Source: Candidatus Staskawiczbacteria bacterium
GTDB lineage: Bacteria; Patescibacteriota; Minisyncoccia; Minisyncoccales; Staskawiczbacteraceae
NCBI GenBank assembly: GCA_023245155.1
Contig: JAHFKV010000001.1
Span: 203,034-267,033 of the forward strand
Length of the DNA stretch: 64,000 nt
Direction of reading: 5' to 3'
Shown here one piece after another: positions 27,769 through 37,414 of this stretch; position 1 is the stretch's first letter; each line of letters opens with the position of its first letter. Position numbers and translations under genes: made by a program. The notes under the pieces are model-generated. The model was not told the origin of the DNA. It was given only the letters and a program-made list of their open reading frames with translations, and did no database searches.

Positions 27769-28791
27769 ATGGACCAAACCTTAGACATATCCTGGTCAGC
27801 CATTATAAAGGTACTCATTGCCGGTTTTCTTTTGTATTTCCTTTTTTTGTCACGCGAAATTGTGATTTGGCTCTTTTTTGCGCTAGTCATTTCTCTACTG
27901 CTAGAGCCAGCGATTAATTTTTTGGAAAAGTTCCGGGTGCCTAAAATATTAGCTGCCATTGCGGTATATCTGGCTATTTTTGCCGTGATTGGTCTGATGA
28001 TATTTTTTACTGCCCCTATTTTTATTTTTGAACTTAACCAGCTGTCCCAAAATATCCCTGCCTATTTTGAAGCGGTAAACCCGGTGTTAAAAAGTTTTGG
28101 TTTTGAAATTGCTAAAAATTTCCAAGATTTTACCGCCGGTTTAATGAGCGCCTTACAAGAGAGTTCGGGTAGCATTTTTAAAGCTATTACCATCTTTTTT
28201 GGTGGGCTATTTTCCACCCTATTTATTTTTTCCCTAGCTTTTTTTATTTCTTTAGAAGACCGAGGCGTAGAACGGGTATTAGCCCTATTGGCTCCAAAAC
28301 GGTATGAACACCACATTTTATACGTGTTTGAGCGAGCTCAAACCAAAGTGGCCGGATGGTTCGGAGCGCGGATCTTGGCTTGCTTGTTCGTGGGCATCAC
28401 TTCTTTCATCGTATTCTTCTTGCTTGGGGTAAAATATCCGTTTATCTTAGCGCTTATTTCCGGAGTGCTTAATTTTATACCGTTCATCGGGCCCACCATC
28501 ACATTAGTTTTGGCAGTCCTCTTTGTTTTTTCTTCCGGTTCTTGGTTGCTGGCCCTGTATGTTGCCATTGCCTTGCTGATAATCCAAGAAATAGAAAACA
28601 AAGCGTTAACACCCTTGCTGATGAAAAAGTTTATTGATCTGCCACCAGTACTGGTACTGGTTTCATTACTGGTGGGCGGCGTACTTTTTGGATTTTTGGG
28701 AACTATTTTTTCCGTTCCCGTATTTGGCATTATTTACGAAATCTCAAAAGAATTTTTCATAAAGCGCAAGGAAGAATCGGCCAATGCCTAA
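27769..28791 (+). CDS. AI-2E family transporter (PerM-like permease)
   Basis: 340 aa, multi-pass. NFIPFIGP motif. Confidence 0.85.
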   Translation: MDQTLDISWSAIIKVLIAGFLLYFLFLSREIVIWLFFALVISLLLEPAINFLEKFRVPKILAAIAVYLAIFAVIGLMIFFTAPIFIFELNQLSQNIPAYFEAVNPVLKSFGFEIAKNFQDFTAGLMSALQESSGSIFKAITIFFGGLFSTLFIFSLAFFISLEDRGVERVLALLAPKRYEHHILYVFERAQTKVAGWFGARILACLFVGITSFIVFFLLGVKYPFILALISGVLNFIPFIGPTITLVLAVLFVFSSGSWLLALYVAIALLIIQEIENKALTPLLMKKFIDLPPVLVLVSLLVGGVLFGFLGTIFSVPVFGIIYEISKEFFIKRKEESANA

Positions 28792-30214
28792 ACCCTTTTA
28801 TATTACTACCACGTTGCCCTATGTAAATGCTGATCCGCATATCGGTTTTGCCATGGAGCTTATTCAGGCCGATGTCATTGCACGCTGCAAGCGGCAGCAA
28901 GGTTTTGAAGTATTTTTTAATATGGGGTCTGATGAGCATGGCATAAAAATATTGCGTAAAGCAGAGGAAACTAGTATGGAACCAAAAGCTTACTGTGATA
29001 TTTACGCGGCCAAATTTAACGATTTAAAAAAGGCCTTGAATGTCAGCTACGATAATTTTATCCGCACCACCGATGAGCATCACATTAAAGCTGCCCAAGA
29101 ATTTTGGCTTCGATGCCAAAAAAATGGGGATATTTATAAAAAAAATTACAAAGTAAAATATTGTGTTGGTTGTGAGTTGGAAAAAACAGATTCGGAATTA
29201 GAAAATGGCAAATGCGCAATCCATCCAAATTTACCGATAGAGCTTATTGAAGAAGAAAACTACTTTTTCAAATATTCTAAGTATCAGCAACCTTTGCTGG
29301 ATTTTTACGAAAAGAACCCAAATTTTGTAGTGCCACATTCTCGTCTGAATGAAATTACGGAATTTACCAAAAAGGGGCTTGAAGATTTTAGTATTTCCCG
29401 CTTGAAGGACAAAATGCCCTGGGGGGTGCCGGTTCCCAATGATGAAAAACACGTGATGTATGTTTGGTTTGATGCGCTAGTAGGATACATTTCCGCTTTG
29501 GGCTGGCCGGAAAATGAAAAACAATTTAAAACATTTTGGCCGGGTATGCAGGTGGCGGGCAAGGATAATTTGCGCCAGCAATCTAGCATGTGGCAGGCAA
29601 TGTTGTTGTCGGCCGATTTGCCCAATTCAAAGCAAATCTTCATCCATGGATTTATTACCGTAGGCGGGCAAAAAATGTCTAAGTCGCTGGGAAATGTGAT
29701 TGATCCGTTTGAATTGGTGAAAAAATATGGAGTGGATGCGGTAAGATATTATTTATTAAGAGAAATTACGCCTACTGAGGATGGAGATTTTACGTACGAG
29801 AAGTTTGAGCAAAGATATAATTCGGATTTGGCTGGGGGAATTGGAAACTTATTGGCGCGGACGGTGACGCTGGCTAATAATCCAAAATTTATTAAACAGG
29901 AGCCTGGAAAGATGGTTAAAGAAATCGTTGAGGGCTCAAGAGCACGAGTTGAAGAAAAAATCGAAGCATTTAGGTTCAATGAAGCTTTGGAATGGATCTG
30001 GGTTATTATCAGCAGTTGTGATCAATTCATGAGTCAGGATAAGCCTTGGGAGTGGAAGGAAGCCGCTTCGCAAACGATTTGCGACGCACTCTTTGCATTA
30101 GAGAGCATTTCTGAACTACTTTTACCATTCATGCCCGAAACCGCAGAAAAAATAGAAACAACCATTAAAACTAAAAAATCGGTGCAATTGTTTCCGCGTC
30201 TATTGACGCAATAG
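28784..30214 (+). CDS. metG: Methionine--tRNA ligase
   Basis: 476 aa. PYVNADPHIGF (HIGH-type), KMSKS, and a zinc knuckle CVGCE...C. Confidence 0.95.
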   Translation: MPKPFYITTTLPYVNADPHIGFAMELIQADVIARCKRQQGFEVFFNMGSDEHGIKILRKAEETSMEPKAYCDIYAAKFNDLKKALNVSYDNFIRTTDEHHIKAAQEFWLRCQKNGDIYKKNYKVKYCVGCELEKTDSELENGKCAIHPNLPIELIEEENYFFKYSKYQQPLLDFYEKNPNFVVPHSRLNEITEFTKKGLEDFSISRLKDKMPWGVPVPNDEKHVMYVWFDALVGYISALGWPENEKQFKTFWPGMQVAGKDNLRQQSSMWQAMLLSADLPNSKQIFIHGFITVGGQKMSKSLGNVIDPFELVKKYGVDAVRYYLLREITPTEDGDFTYEKFEQRYNSDLAGGIGNLLARTVTLANNPKFIKQEPGKMVKEIVEGSRARVEEKIEAFRFNEALEWIWVIISSCDQFMSQDKPWEWKEAASQTICDALFALESISELLLPFMPETAEKIETTIKTKKSVQLFPRLLTQ

Positions 30215-30231
30215 TAACTCTTTGCTATAGT
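30203..30231 (+). promoter_or_regulatory. Sigma70-like promoter of the csrA cassette (cassette 3)
   Basis: TTGACG (30203-30208, inside the last metG codons), 17 nt, TATAGT (30226-30231). A 68-nt leader follows, with GGA motifs at 30265 and in SD AAGGAGG 30284-30290. Confidence 0.5.
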
Positions 30232-30299
30232 ACAGGTAGCGCAACTCAAATTCGGGCTCACGGGGGAGCTCACACACCTTTTGAAGGAGGTACTTAGAC

Positions 30300-30503
30300 A
30301 TGTTGGTTCTGTCCCGTAAACTGGGCGAGAAGATTTACATCAACGACAATATCTGTATCACCGTCGTTGACATCGAACGCGGCAAAATTCGCTTGGGCAT
30401 TGAAGCCCCGCCCGATGTGCCGGTCTTTCGGCAGGAGCTCATGGCCGACAAGCACGACGCGCCCCCGCCGGCCGACAAACCGGTCGCGAGTGCCAAGGCC
30501 TAG
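30300..30503 (+). CDS. csrA: Carbon storage regulator CsrA/RsmA family RNA-binding protein, GC-rich cassette 3
   Basis: 67 aa. MLVLSRKLGEKIYI...ITVV.I.RGKIRLGIEAP.DVPV.R.EL is the CsrA signature, followed by a Pro/Ala-rich tail. Hand-counted GC is 119/204 = 58%. Confidence 0.85.
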   Translation: MLVLSRKLGEKIYINDNICITVVDIERGKIRLGIEAPPDVPVFRQELMADKHDAPPPADKPVASAKA

Positions 30504-30528
30504 AGGGCCGATGGCTCAACAAAACACG

Positions 30529-30563
30529 AAGCTGGGTGATCAGGATTGATTGCCCAGCTTTTT
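30529..30563 (+). terminator. Intrinsic terminator of cassette 3
   Basis: AAGCTGGG ... CCCAGCTT stem (8 bp, 16-nt loop) running into TTTTT. Confidence 0.65.
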
Positions 30564-30580
30564 ACATGTATAATTTTCAT

Positions 30581-31339
30581 ATGATAATTGATACCCATAG
30601 TCACCTGCAATTTGACGCGTTTGACGCTGACCGCGACCAAGTCATCAAAAGAATGCTAGCAGAAAATATTCAGTGTATTAATGTTGGCTGTTCTTTGGAT
30701 TCCTCTAAAAAAGCGGTTGCATTAGCCGAAAAACACGAAGGTTTTTATGCTGCGATTGGCTTGCACCCCACCGATGCTGGCGAGCCGTTTGATGTGGCGC
30801 AATATCGAGCATTGGCACAATCAAAAAAAGTAGTGGCGATCGGAGAAATCGGTTTGGATTTTTTCCATAAACCTTACGACGAACAAAAACAAAAAGATAT
30901 TTTTTTACAGCAGTTAGCTCTGGCCGAAGAACTAAATTTGCCAGTTATCATTCATTGCCGCGCCGCGCATGAGCAAATGATAGAAATATTGAGAAATCAA
31001 AAGTTGGCGCGCCTGCCGGCAGGCAGGCAGGGCGTTATTCATTGTTTTACAGGAACTTTAGAGCAAGCTCAAAAGTATGTTGAGCTTGGATTTTACCTTG
31101 GGATTGGCGGAATTATTTTTAAGTTTAACATTGATAAGGTTATCCAAGAAACTCCGCTGGCAAAATTATTGATAGAAACCGATTGCCCGTTTTTAACACC
31201 CGCGGGTGCGCCGGAAAAAAGAAACGAACCAATATTTATGAAATACACCATTGAAAAAATTGCCCAACTTAAAAATATCAGTCCAGAAATGGTTGCCTCT
31301 GCAACCACAGAAAACGCGAAAAAATTGTTCGGTGTATAA
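30581..31339 (+). CDS. tatD: TatD family metal-dependent hydrolase/DNase
   Basis: 252 aa from the internal ATG. MIIDTHSHL, GEIGLDF, IHCR, ETDCPFL. Confidence 0.9.
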   Translation: MIIDTHSHLQFDAFDADRDQVIKRMLAENIQCINVGCSLDSSKKAVALAEKHEGFYAAIGLHPTDAGEPFDVAQYRALAQSKKVVAIGEIGLDFFHKPYDEQKQKDIFLQQLALAEELNLPVIIHCRAAHEQMIEILRNQKLARLPAGRQGVIHCFTGTLEQAQKYVELGFYLGIGGIIFKFNIDKVIQETPLAKLLIETDCPFLTPAGAPEKRNEPIFMKYTIEKIAQLKNISPEMVASATTENAKKLFGV

Positions 31340-31345
31340 CTTTTG

Positions 31346-31374
31346 TTGCTAAAATAATGGGACAGGTGTAAAGT
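31346..31374 (+). promoter_or_regulatory. Candidate promoter of cassette 4
   Basis: TTGCTA (31346-31351), 17 nt, TAAAGT (31369-31374). SD AGGAGG lies at 31418-31423. Confidence 0.35.
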
Positions 31375-31430
31375 ATAGCAATTTGCGTCGCACCTTGTTT
31401 CAGCACCTTGTTCTAAGAGGAGGACGTCCC

Positions 31431-31901
31431 ATGCTGCTGTCCATGTTTTGCGTAATCGTGTTCGCAGCGGCCGAGTCGGCCACTACCGGCAACGGAATGA
31501 GCCCGGATTTGGGCAAAAAAGAGGCGCCTCCGAAAATCAGGCCGGTTGAGCCTGACACCGACCTCACGGGCTACTACACTTGCACCGGCGAAGAGGCTGG
31601 CGGCAAGAAGTACTCCGGCGTCGTTAGCCTCGTCAAGAAAAACGAAGTTTACTTAATTAGCTGGGTAGTCGGTGGCGGCTCGACGTTCTCGGGTATCGCC
31701 ATTCGACAAGGGAATAACCTCGCCGCTAGTTGGTCAGTAAACACCGAAAAGGGCCTGGTGCGCGGCGTCAATCTTTACCGCATCGAGGCGGCCAAGGATG
31801 GTCCGCGCCTAGTCGGCCGTTGGGCATCGGTTCCCGGGACCGGAGTTCAGCAAACAGAGACGTTATCATTCTTGAAAAAGATGGAGGTCGAGAAAGACTA
31901 A
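31431..31901 (+). CDS. Secreted hypothetical protein, 156 aa, GC-rich cassette 4
   Basis: ATG 7 nt after AGGAGG. Signal-peptide-like MLLSMFCVIVFAAAES. A beta-rich mature part (YTCTGEEAGGKKYSGVV...W.V..G....G.A.R.GN.LA.SW). Hand-counted GC is 265/471 = 56%. Confidence 0.6.
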   Translation: MLLSMFCVIVFAAAESATTGNGMSPDLGKKEAPPKIRPVEPDTDLTGYYTCTGEEAGGKKYSGVVSLVKKNEVYLISWVVGGGSTFSGIAIRQGNNLAASWSVNTEKGLVRGVNLYRIEAAKDGPRLVGRWASVPGTGVQQTETLSFLKKMEVEKD

Positions 31902-31922
31902 AGCGAGCGGTTCGTCTCGCGC

Positions 31923-31955
31923 TCCCGCCAGGCAGCTCTGGCGGGACTTTTTTTT
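31923..31955 (+). terminator. Intrinsic terminator of cassette 4
   Basis: TCCCGCCAG-GCAGCT-CTGGCGGGA (9-bp stem), then C and 8 T residues. Confidence 0.85.
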
Positions 31956-31987
31956 GCATATAAAGTGTGATAGCATAATTTAAAATA

Positions 31988-34387
31988 ATGATTAAATATA
32001 ATCCAGCTAAAATTGAAAAAAAGTGGCAAAAGAGGTGGTTTACTTCAGGCGTTTTTGAAGCGAAAAACTCTTCAAAAAAGCCAAAGTATTACCTGCTTGA
32101 CGAATTCCCGTATCCTTCGGGAGATGGGCTCCATGTGGGACATTGCCGGCCTTACATTGGTTTAGATGTGATTGCTAGGAAAAGGCGGATGCAGGGTTTC
32201 AATGTGCTTTACCCCATGGGCTGGGATGCTTTTGGCCTGCCTACGGAGAATTACGCGATTAAAAAAGGCGTTCATCCTGCCATAGTAACCAAAAAAAATA
32301 CTGCCAATTTTAAAAAGCAGATGAAAAATTTAGGGCTGTCTTTTGATTGGAGCCGGGAAATAAATACTACTGACCCAAAATATTATACATGGACGCAATG
32401 GATTTTTATCAAGTTGTTTGAAGCGGGAATGGCCTACAAAGATAAAATTAACATTAATTGGTGCCCAAAAGATAAAACGGGTTTGGCGAATGAAGAAGTG
32501 ATTAATGGTTGCTGTGAGCGCTGCGGCACTAAGGTTGAAAAGCGAGAAAAATCCCAGTGGCTGATTAAAATTACCAAATACGCTGATCGGTTAATTGAAG
32601 ATTTATCAAATGTGGATTATCCGGCGCGCGTTAAGGATCAACAAATAAATTGGATTGGCAGGAGCGAGGGAATCAACATTGATTATCAAATTGAAAATAG
32701 TAAAAAAGTTATTTCTGTTTTTACAACAAGACCCGACACTAATTTTGGCGCCACGTTTTTAGTGGTTGCCCCTGATGGAAAGTTTGTAAAAGAAAATGTG
32801 GAAGAGTTTCCTGAAAAAGAAAAAGTGAGAGCCTATGTGAAAGAATCGTTGGCCAAACCGGAAATAGATAGAACTGCAGAGGGCAAGAAAAAAACCGGGG
32901 TACCAACGGGCTGGTATGCTATCAACAACTTAAATGGCAAAAAAATGCCTATTTATGTGGGGGATTTTGTGCTGGGGCAGTTTGGAACCGGCTGCGTGGT
33001 TGGTGTGCCGGGGCACGATGTGCGCGACTTTGAATTCGCTAAAGCAATGGGGCTGGAAATTATCAGGGTGGTAGTGGGTCCCGATGGCGACAAGTCAGAA
33101 ATTACTGACGTAAAGCAAGTCCAGGAAGAAAAGGGAACCATGATAAACAGCGGATTTTTAGATGGCAGAGACATTCATGAAGCTACAAAGGTTATTATGG
33201 ATCATATAGTTGAGAAAGGTTGGGGTAAAAAGATTGTAAATTATAAACTGCGCGATTGGGTTTTTTCACGTCAGCATTATTGGGGCGAGCCGATTCCGAT
33301 GATTTATTGCGCGGCTTGTGGTTGGGTTACAGTTCCAGAAAAAGATTTACCGGTGGCATTGCCAAAAGTTACAAAATATCAGCCCACTGATGATGGCGAG
33401 TCACCCTTGAGTGCGATCGAAAAGTTTGTAAACACCAAATGTCCAAAATGTGGCGGCGCGGCAAAAAGAGAAACTGATACCATGCCAAATTGGGCAGGCT
33501 CTAATTGGTATTTTTTGCGCTACACCGATCCGAAGAATAATAAAAGTTTAGCTGATGAAAAGGTGCTAAAATATTGGATGCCCGTGGATTGGTACAACGG
33601 CGGTATGGAACATACTACGTTACATTTATTGTATTCGCGATTTATCTTTAAATTTTTGTGGGATATTGGGGCGTTACCAAAAGAAATCGGTAATGAACCT
33701 TATAAAAAGAGAACCTCCCATGGTATTGTGCTGGCTGAAGGCGGCGTGAAAATGTCAAAAAGCAAGGGAAATGTAATTAATCCGGATGATGTGGTTAAAG
33801 AATATGGCGCTGATACGTTGCGAGTGTACGAAATGTTTATGGGACCTTTCGAGCAAATGATTCCATGGGATACCAAGGGCATTGTTGGTGCACGCAGGTT
33901 TTTGGAAAAGATTTATATACTGGCGAATAAAAAAGTTGCTACAAAAAGCAGCCAGGATTTGGCATTAGCTTTAAACAAAACTATCAAAAAAGTATCGGAG
34001 GATATTGAGCTGATGAAGTTTAATACGGCAATAAGTGCCATGATGAGTTTTGTGAATGAATGGTATTCTTCAGAAACGGGATTAGACAAGAAAGACCTGC
34101 AAAAGTTTTTGACAATTTTATCGCCTTTTGCGCCGCATTTGGCTGCCGAATTAGGATTGAAAGAAAGAACATGGCCAACGTATGCAGAAATTCAGGAAGC
34201 TACGGTGATGATGATTGTTTCTGTGAATGGCAAAGTGCGCGATAAAATGGAAATGAAAAGTGGATTAGATCAAAGCCAAGTTGAAGGCTTGGTTTTACAT
34301 ACGCCAAAAATCAAACCATGGCTGGAAGGGAAACAGGTTAAGAAAATCATTTTCGTGCTAAATAAACTGATAAATATAGTCGTATGA
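31988..34387 (+). CDS. leuS: Leucine--tRNA ligase
   Basis: 799 aa. PYPSGDGLHVGH (HIGH), KMSKSKGN, CP1 editing domain. Confidence 0.95.
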   Translation: MIKYNPAKIEKKWQKRWFTSGVFEAKNSSKKPKYYLLDEFPYPSGDGLHVGHCRPYIGLDVIARKRRMQGFNVLYPMGWDAFGLPTENYAIKKGVHPAIVTKKNTANFKKQMKNLGLSFDWSREINTTDPKYYTWTQWIFIKLFEAGMAYKDKININWCPKDKTGLANEEVINGCCERCGTKVEKREKSQWLIKITKYADRLIEDLSNVDYPARVKDQQINWIGRSEGINIDYQIENSKKVISVFTTRPDTNFGATFLVVAPDGKFVKENVEEFPEKEKVRAYVKESLAKPEIDRTAEGKKKTGVPTGWYAINNLNGKKMPIYVGDFVLGQFGTGCVVGVPGHDVRDFEFAKAMGLEIIRVVVGPDGDKSEITDVKQVQEEKGTMINSGFLDGRDIHEATKVIMDHIVEKGWGKKIVNYKLRDWVFSRQHYWGEPIPMIYCAACGWVTVPEKDLPVALPKVTKYQPTDDGESPLSAIEKFVNTKCPKCGGAAKRETDTMPNWAGSNWYFLRYTDPKNNKSLADEKVLKYWMPVDWYNGGMEHTTLHLLYSRFIFKFLWDIGALPKEIGNEPYKKRTSHGIVLAEGGVKMSKSKGNVINPDDVVKEYGADTLRVYEMFMGPFEQMIPWDTKGIVGARRFLEKIYILANKKVATKSSQDLALALNKTIKKVSEDIELMKFNTAISAMMSFVNEWYSSETGLDKKDLQKFLTILSPFAPHLAAELGLKERTWPTYAEIQEATVMMIVSVNGKVRDKMEMKSGLDQSQVEGLVLHTPKIKPWLEGKQVKKIIFVLNKLINIVV

Positions 34388-35127
34388 TTAAAAAAGTGGT
34401 GGTTTCGGCGGCGGGGCATGGCACTCGCATGCTGGAACTTTCAAAAGACAAGCCAAAGCATTTAATTGAAGTGGAACAAAAGCCGTTTTTGGCGTACTTG
34501 TTGGACAATGTTTTTACTGCCGGATACCAAGAGGTTATTTTAGTCGTAGGCTACAAACAAGAAGCCATGCAAGCATTTGTGGCCAGCTACACTTTTGGTG
34601 GTGCGCCGCAAAACATTTCCCTGGTTAGTCAATTTGAAATATTGGGGCCAAAAGAGCAGGGTGACTATGGTACCGCTTGCCCGCTCAAATGCGTTAAAGA
34701 ACAGGTGAAGGGCGAAGATTTTATTTCTTTGGTGGGCGATAATTTTTATACGGTGGAAGATTTAAAAGCCATGGATAAAGATGATGCATTTTGCTATGTT
34801 GCCGGGCGAGTGGAGGAACATCCCGAAAAGTTTGGGGTGTTAATAGAAAATGGTCAATTTTTGAAAGAAATTATTGAAAAACCTAAAACGTTTGTGGGGA
34901 ATTTGGTAAATACCAGTTTGTATAAATTTACGCCGGATGTGTTTGAAAAATTGCCGTTAATTGGCAAATCGGTGCGTGGTGAATATGAAATTACGGATGT
35001 TATCTCGCTTTTGGCTAAAGATGGTAAAGTGAAAATAGTAACAACGAAAAATTACTGGATGGATTTTGGCCGGCCGGAGGATATTGAAAAATTCCAAGGT
35101 TATTTGAAAGATGAAAAATCTAAATAA
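34384..35127 (+). CDS. Sugar-phosphate nucleotidyltransferase
   Basis: 247 aa. N-terminal AAGHGTRM (GxGTR) and K.KPK.LI.V signature. Confidence 0.8.
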   Translation: MIKKVVVSAAGHGTRMLELSKDKPKHLIEVEQKPFLAYLLDNVFTAGYQEVILVVGYKQEAMQAFVASYTFGGAPQNISLVSQFEILGPKEQGDYGTACPLKCVKEQVKGEDFISLVGDNFYTVEDLKAMDKDDAFCYVAGRVEEHPEKFGVLIENGQFLKEIIEKPKTFVGNLVNTSLYKFTPDVFEKLPLIGKSVRGEYEITDVISLLAKDGKVKIVTTKNYWMDFGRPEDIEKFQGYLKDEKSK

Positions 35128-35653
35128 GGCAGTAGCTGTTTTAAAAAGGGGCGGAATAATAATTTGCCCAACAGACACAGTGTATGGATTTTTGGCGGCT
35201 GCTAGTAATAAAAAAGCAGTTGAAAAAATTTACAAAATAAAAAAGAGACCAAAGCCACTGTCAGTTTTTGTAAAAAATCTAACTACTGCAAAAAAACTAG
35301 CTTTCGTTAACGAAAAAGCCCAAAAACTTTTGCTTAATCCAAAAGTAACAGTTGTCCTAAAAAGAAAATCGGGCATCAAGCTTTATGGCATGGCAAAAAA
35401 CAATACTGTTGCTATAAGAATTCCAAATTACAGGTTTCTAAATGATTTGCTAAAAAAAATAAACCGGCCGCTGGTACAAACTTCAGCTAATTTGAGTGGT
35501 CAGGAGCCCTTGAAAACTGGGGAGCAAATAATGGCCACCTTTGGAAAATCCAAGCTTGTAGGGCTAATTGTAACCTCTAGTAAGCCCCTGGGAGGTAAAT
35601 CTTCGAAAGTCATTGATTTAGCTGGTAAAAATGTCAAAATAATAAGAAAGTAA
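35111..35653 (+). CDS. tsaC: L-threonylcarbamoyladenylate synthase (YrdC/TsaC domain)
   Basis: 180 aa. GGIIICPTDTVYGF, IYKIKKRP..KPLSV, TSANLSG. Confidence 0.85.
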   Translation: MKNLNKAVAVLKRGGIIICPTDTVYGFLAAASNKKAVEKIYKIKKRPKPLSVFVKNLTTAKKLAFVNEKAQKLLLNPKVTVVLKRKSGIKLYGMAKNNTVAIRIPNYRFLNDLLKKINRPLVQTSANLSGQEPLKTGEQIMATFGKSKLVGLIVTSSKPLGGKSSKVIDLAGKNVKIIRK

Positions 35654-35657
35654 ACGT

Positions 35658-36905
35658 ATGCCAAAACTCTCAAAACAAGATACGCAAATTGCAAAATTGA
35701 TAGACTTGGAAGCGAAGCGGCAAAAGGAGTCGCTACAGATGATTGCTTCGGAAAATCATTGCTCGCCGGCGGTGCGGGAAGCTTTGGGCAGTGTTTTGAC
35801 GGATAAATATGCTGAAGGATATCCGGGCAAAAGATATTATGGCGGAAATCAATATATTGATATGGTGGAAAATATTTGTATTGATAGGGCAAAAAAGTTA
35901 TTTGGTGTGGAGCATGTGAATGTGCAGCCGCATTCGGGTTCGCCAGCCAACGCTGCAGTGTATGTGGCAACCTGCTTGCCTGGGGAGACGATTATGGGAT
36001 TGGCTTTGCCCATGGGTGGGCATTTAACACATGGCACCAAAATCAGTTTTGGCGGAAAGTTTTTTAATGCGGTGCAATATGCGGTGGATGAAAAAACCCA
36101 TTTAATTAATTATGATACGCTGGCAAAAATGGTTTTGGAACATAAGCCAAAACTTATTTGGGTGGGTGCGACGGCGTACCCACGATTTTTTGATTGGAAG
36201 AAGCTAGGCGAAATTGCGGATTCTGTTGGCGCCTATTTAGCCGCTGATATTGCGCACATTGCTGGCTTGGTTGCAGGAGGCGCACATCCAAGTCCTGTGC
36301 CCTACGTACACATTGTAACCACTACTACGCACAAAACATTGCGCGGTCCGCGCGGTGGTATGATTATGGTAACAGCCAAAGGTTTAAAGAAAGATGCAGA
36401 ATTGCCCAAGAAAATTGATAAAGCCGTTTTTCCAGGGCTTCAAGGCGGGCCACATGAAAATGCCATTGCCGCCATTGCTGTTTGCTTGAAAGAAGCTTCG
36501 GCGCCAGCGTTTAAAACATATGCTAAGCAAATTGTAAAAAATGCTAAGACGTTGGCGGAGGAGTTAAAAAAATATGGGTTTATATTAATGAGTGGCGGTA
36601 CGGATAATCATTTAATGGTGATCGATTTGAGAAATAAAAACATCACGGGAGCCGAGGCACAGGATTTGCTGGAAAGCGCGGGGATAAGTGCCAACAGAAA
36701 TAGTATTCCGTATGACCCGGCTGGCCCATTTAAGCCATCGGGAATTCGCTTGGGAACTCCAGCCATTACCACTCGCGGTATGAAAGAAAAAGAAATGAAA
36801 CTGATTGCGGGATGGATTGATGAAGTTATTTCAAATCCTTCTAAGGCTAAAAAAATAGCGCAGGAAGTTAAGAAATTATGCAAGAAATTCCCACTTCCAA
36901 AATAG
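35658..36905 (+). CDS. glyA: Serine hydroxymethyltransferase
   Basis: 415 aa. LQMIASENH, GYPGKRYYGG, and the PLP site TTTTHKTLRGPRGG. Confidence 0.95.
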   Translation: MPKLSKQDTQIAKLIDLEAKRQKESLQMIASENHCSPAVREALGSVLTDKYAEGYPGKRYYGGNQYIDMVENICIDRAKKLFGVEHVNVQPHSGSPANAAVYVATCLPGETIMGLALPMGGHLTHGTKISFGGKFFNAVQYAVDEKTHLINYDTLAKMVLEHKPKLIWVGATAYPRFFDWKKLGEIADSVGAYLAADIAHIAGLVAGGAHPSPVPYVHIVTTTTHKTLRGPRGGMIMVTAKGLKKDAELPKKIDKAVFPGLQGGPHENAIAAIAVCLKEASAPAFKTYAKQIVKNAKTLAEELKKYGFILMSGGTDNHLMVIDLRNKNITGAEAQDLLESAGISANRNSIPYDPAGPFKPSGIRLGTPAITTRGMKEKEMKLIAGWIDEVISNPSKAKKIAQEVKKLCKKFPLPK

Positions 36906-37399
36906 ATTTACAGGTGTTTAACCTGATTAACGGTTTTGCGAAAAAATCCAGGGTTCTGGATTTTTTCGCTGTGTTCTGCGCAGAATATTTGGGCTATCTT
37001 TTTGCTGGTATTTTATTGGTGCTAGCCTTCTGGTTTGGCCGGTGGCAATTGTTTGTTGAGCCATTAGCGGCGGGGTTTTTAGCCAGATGCAGTAATGAAA
37101 TAGTATATCTTTTTTACCAACGTAAAAGGCCAATGGAAGTTTTGCCCATTACCACATTAATAAAAAAACCGAACCATCCGGCCTTTCCCTCTGGCCATAC
37201 CTCATTCTTTTTTGCAGCTTCATTTTGCTTGCTACTGTTTAGTACCCAATTGGCGATACTATTTTTAGCGGCAAGTGCTCTTGTTGGATTTTTCAGGGTA
37301 TTTTGCGGAGTCCATTGGCCTAGCGATATTTTGGGCGGAATCGGTGCCGGTTTCATTTCTTTTTTGATGCTAATGTGTTTGATAACAATAATCTTGTAA
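36878..37399 (+). CDS. PAP2 family lipid phosphate phosphatase
   Basis: 173 aa. RKRP, PSGHTS, RVFCGVHWPSD (R-x5-H-x3-D). Confidence 0.8.
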   Translation: MQEIPTSKIDLQVFNLINGFAKKSRVLDFFAVFCAEYLGYLFAGILLVLAFWFGRWQLFVEPLAAGFLARCSNEIVYLFYQRKRPMEVLPITTLIKKPNHPAFPSGHTSFFFAASFCLLLFSTQLAILFLAASALVGFFRVFCGVHWPSDILGGIGAGFISFLMLMCLITIIL

Positions 37400-37414
37400 G
37401 AGTTATTCCAATCC

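Noticed and set aside
4956-30231. A shared 8-mer GCTATAGT in the leaders of cassette 1 (about 4957) and cassette 3 (30224-30231), considered as a common regulatory box.
   Set aside because: One or two chance occurrences of any 8-mer are expected in 128 kb of two-strand sequence. It is absent from the other three cassettes.
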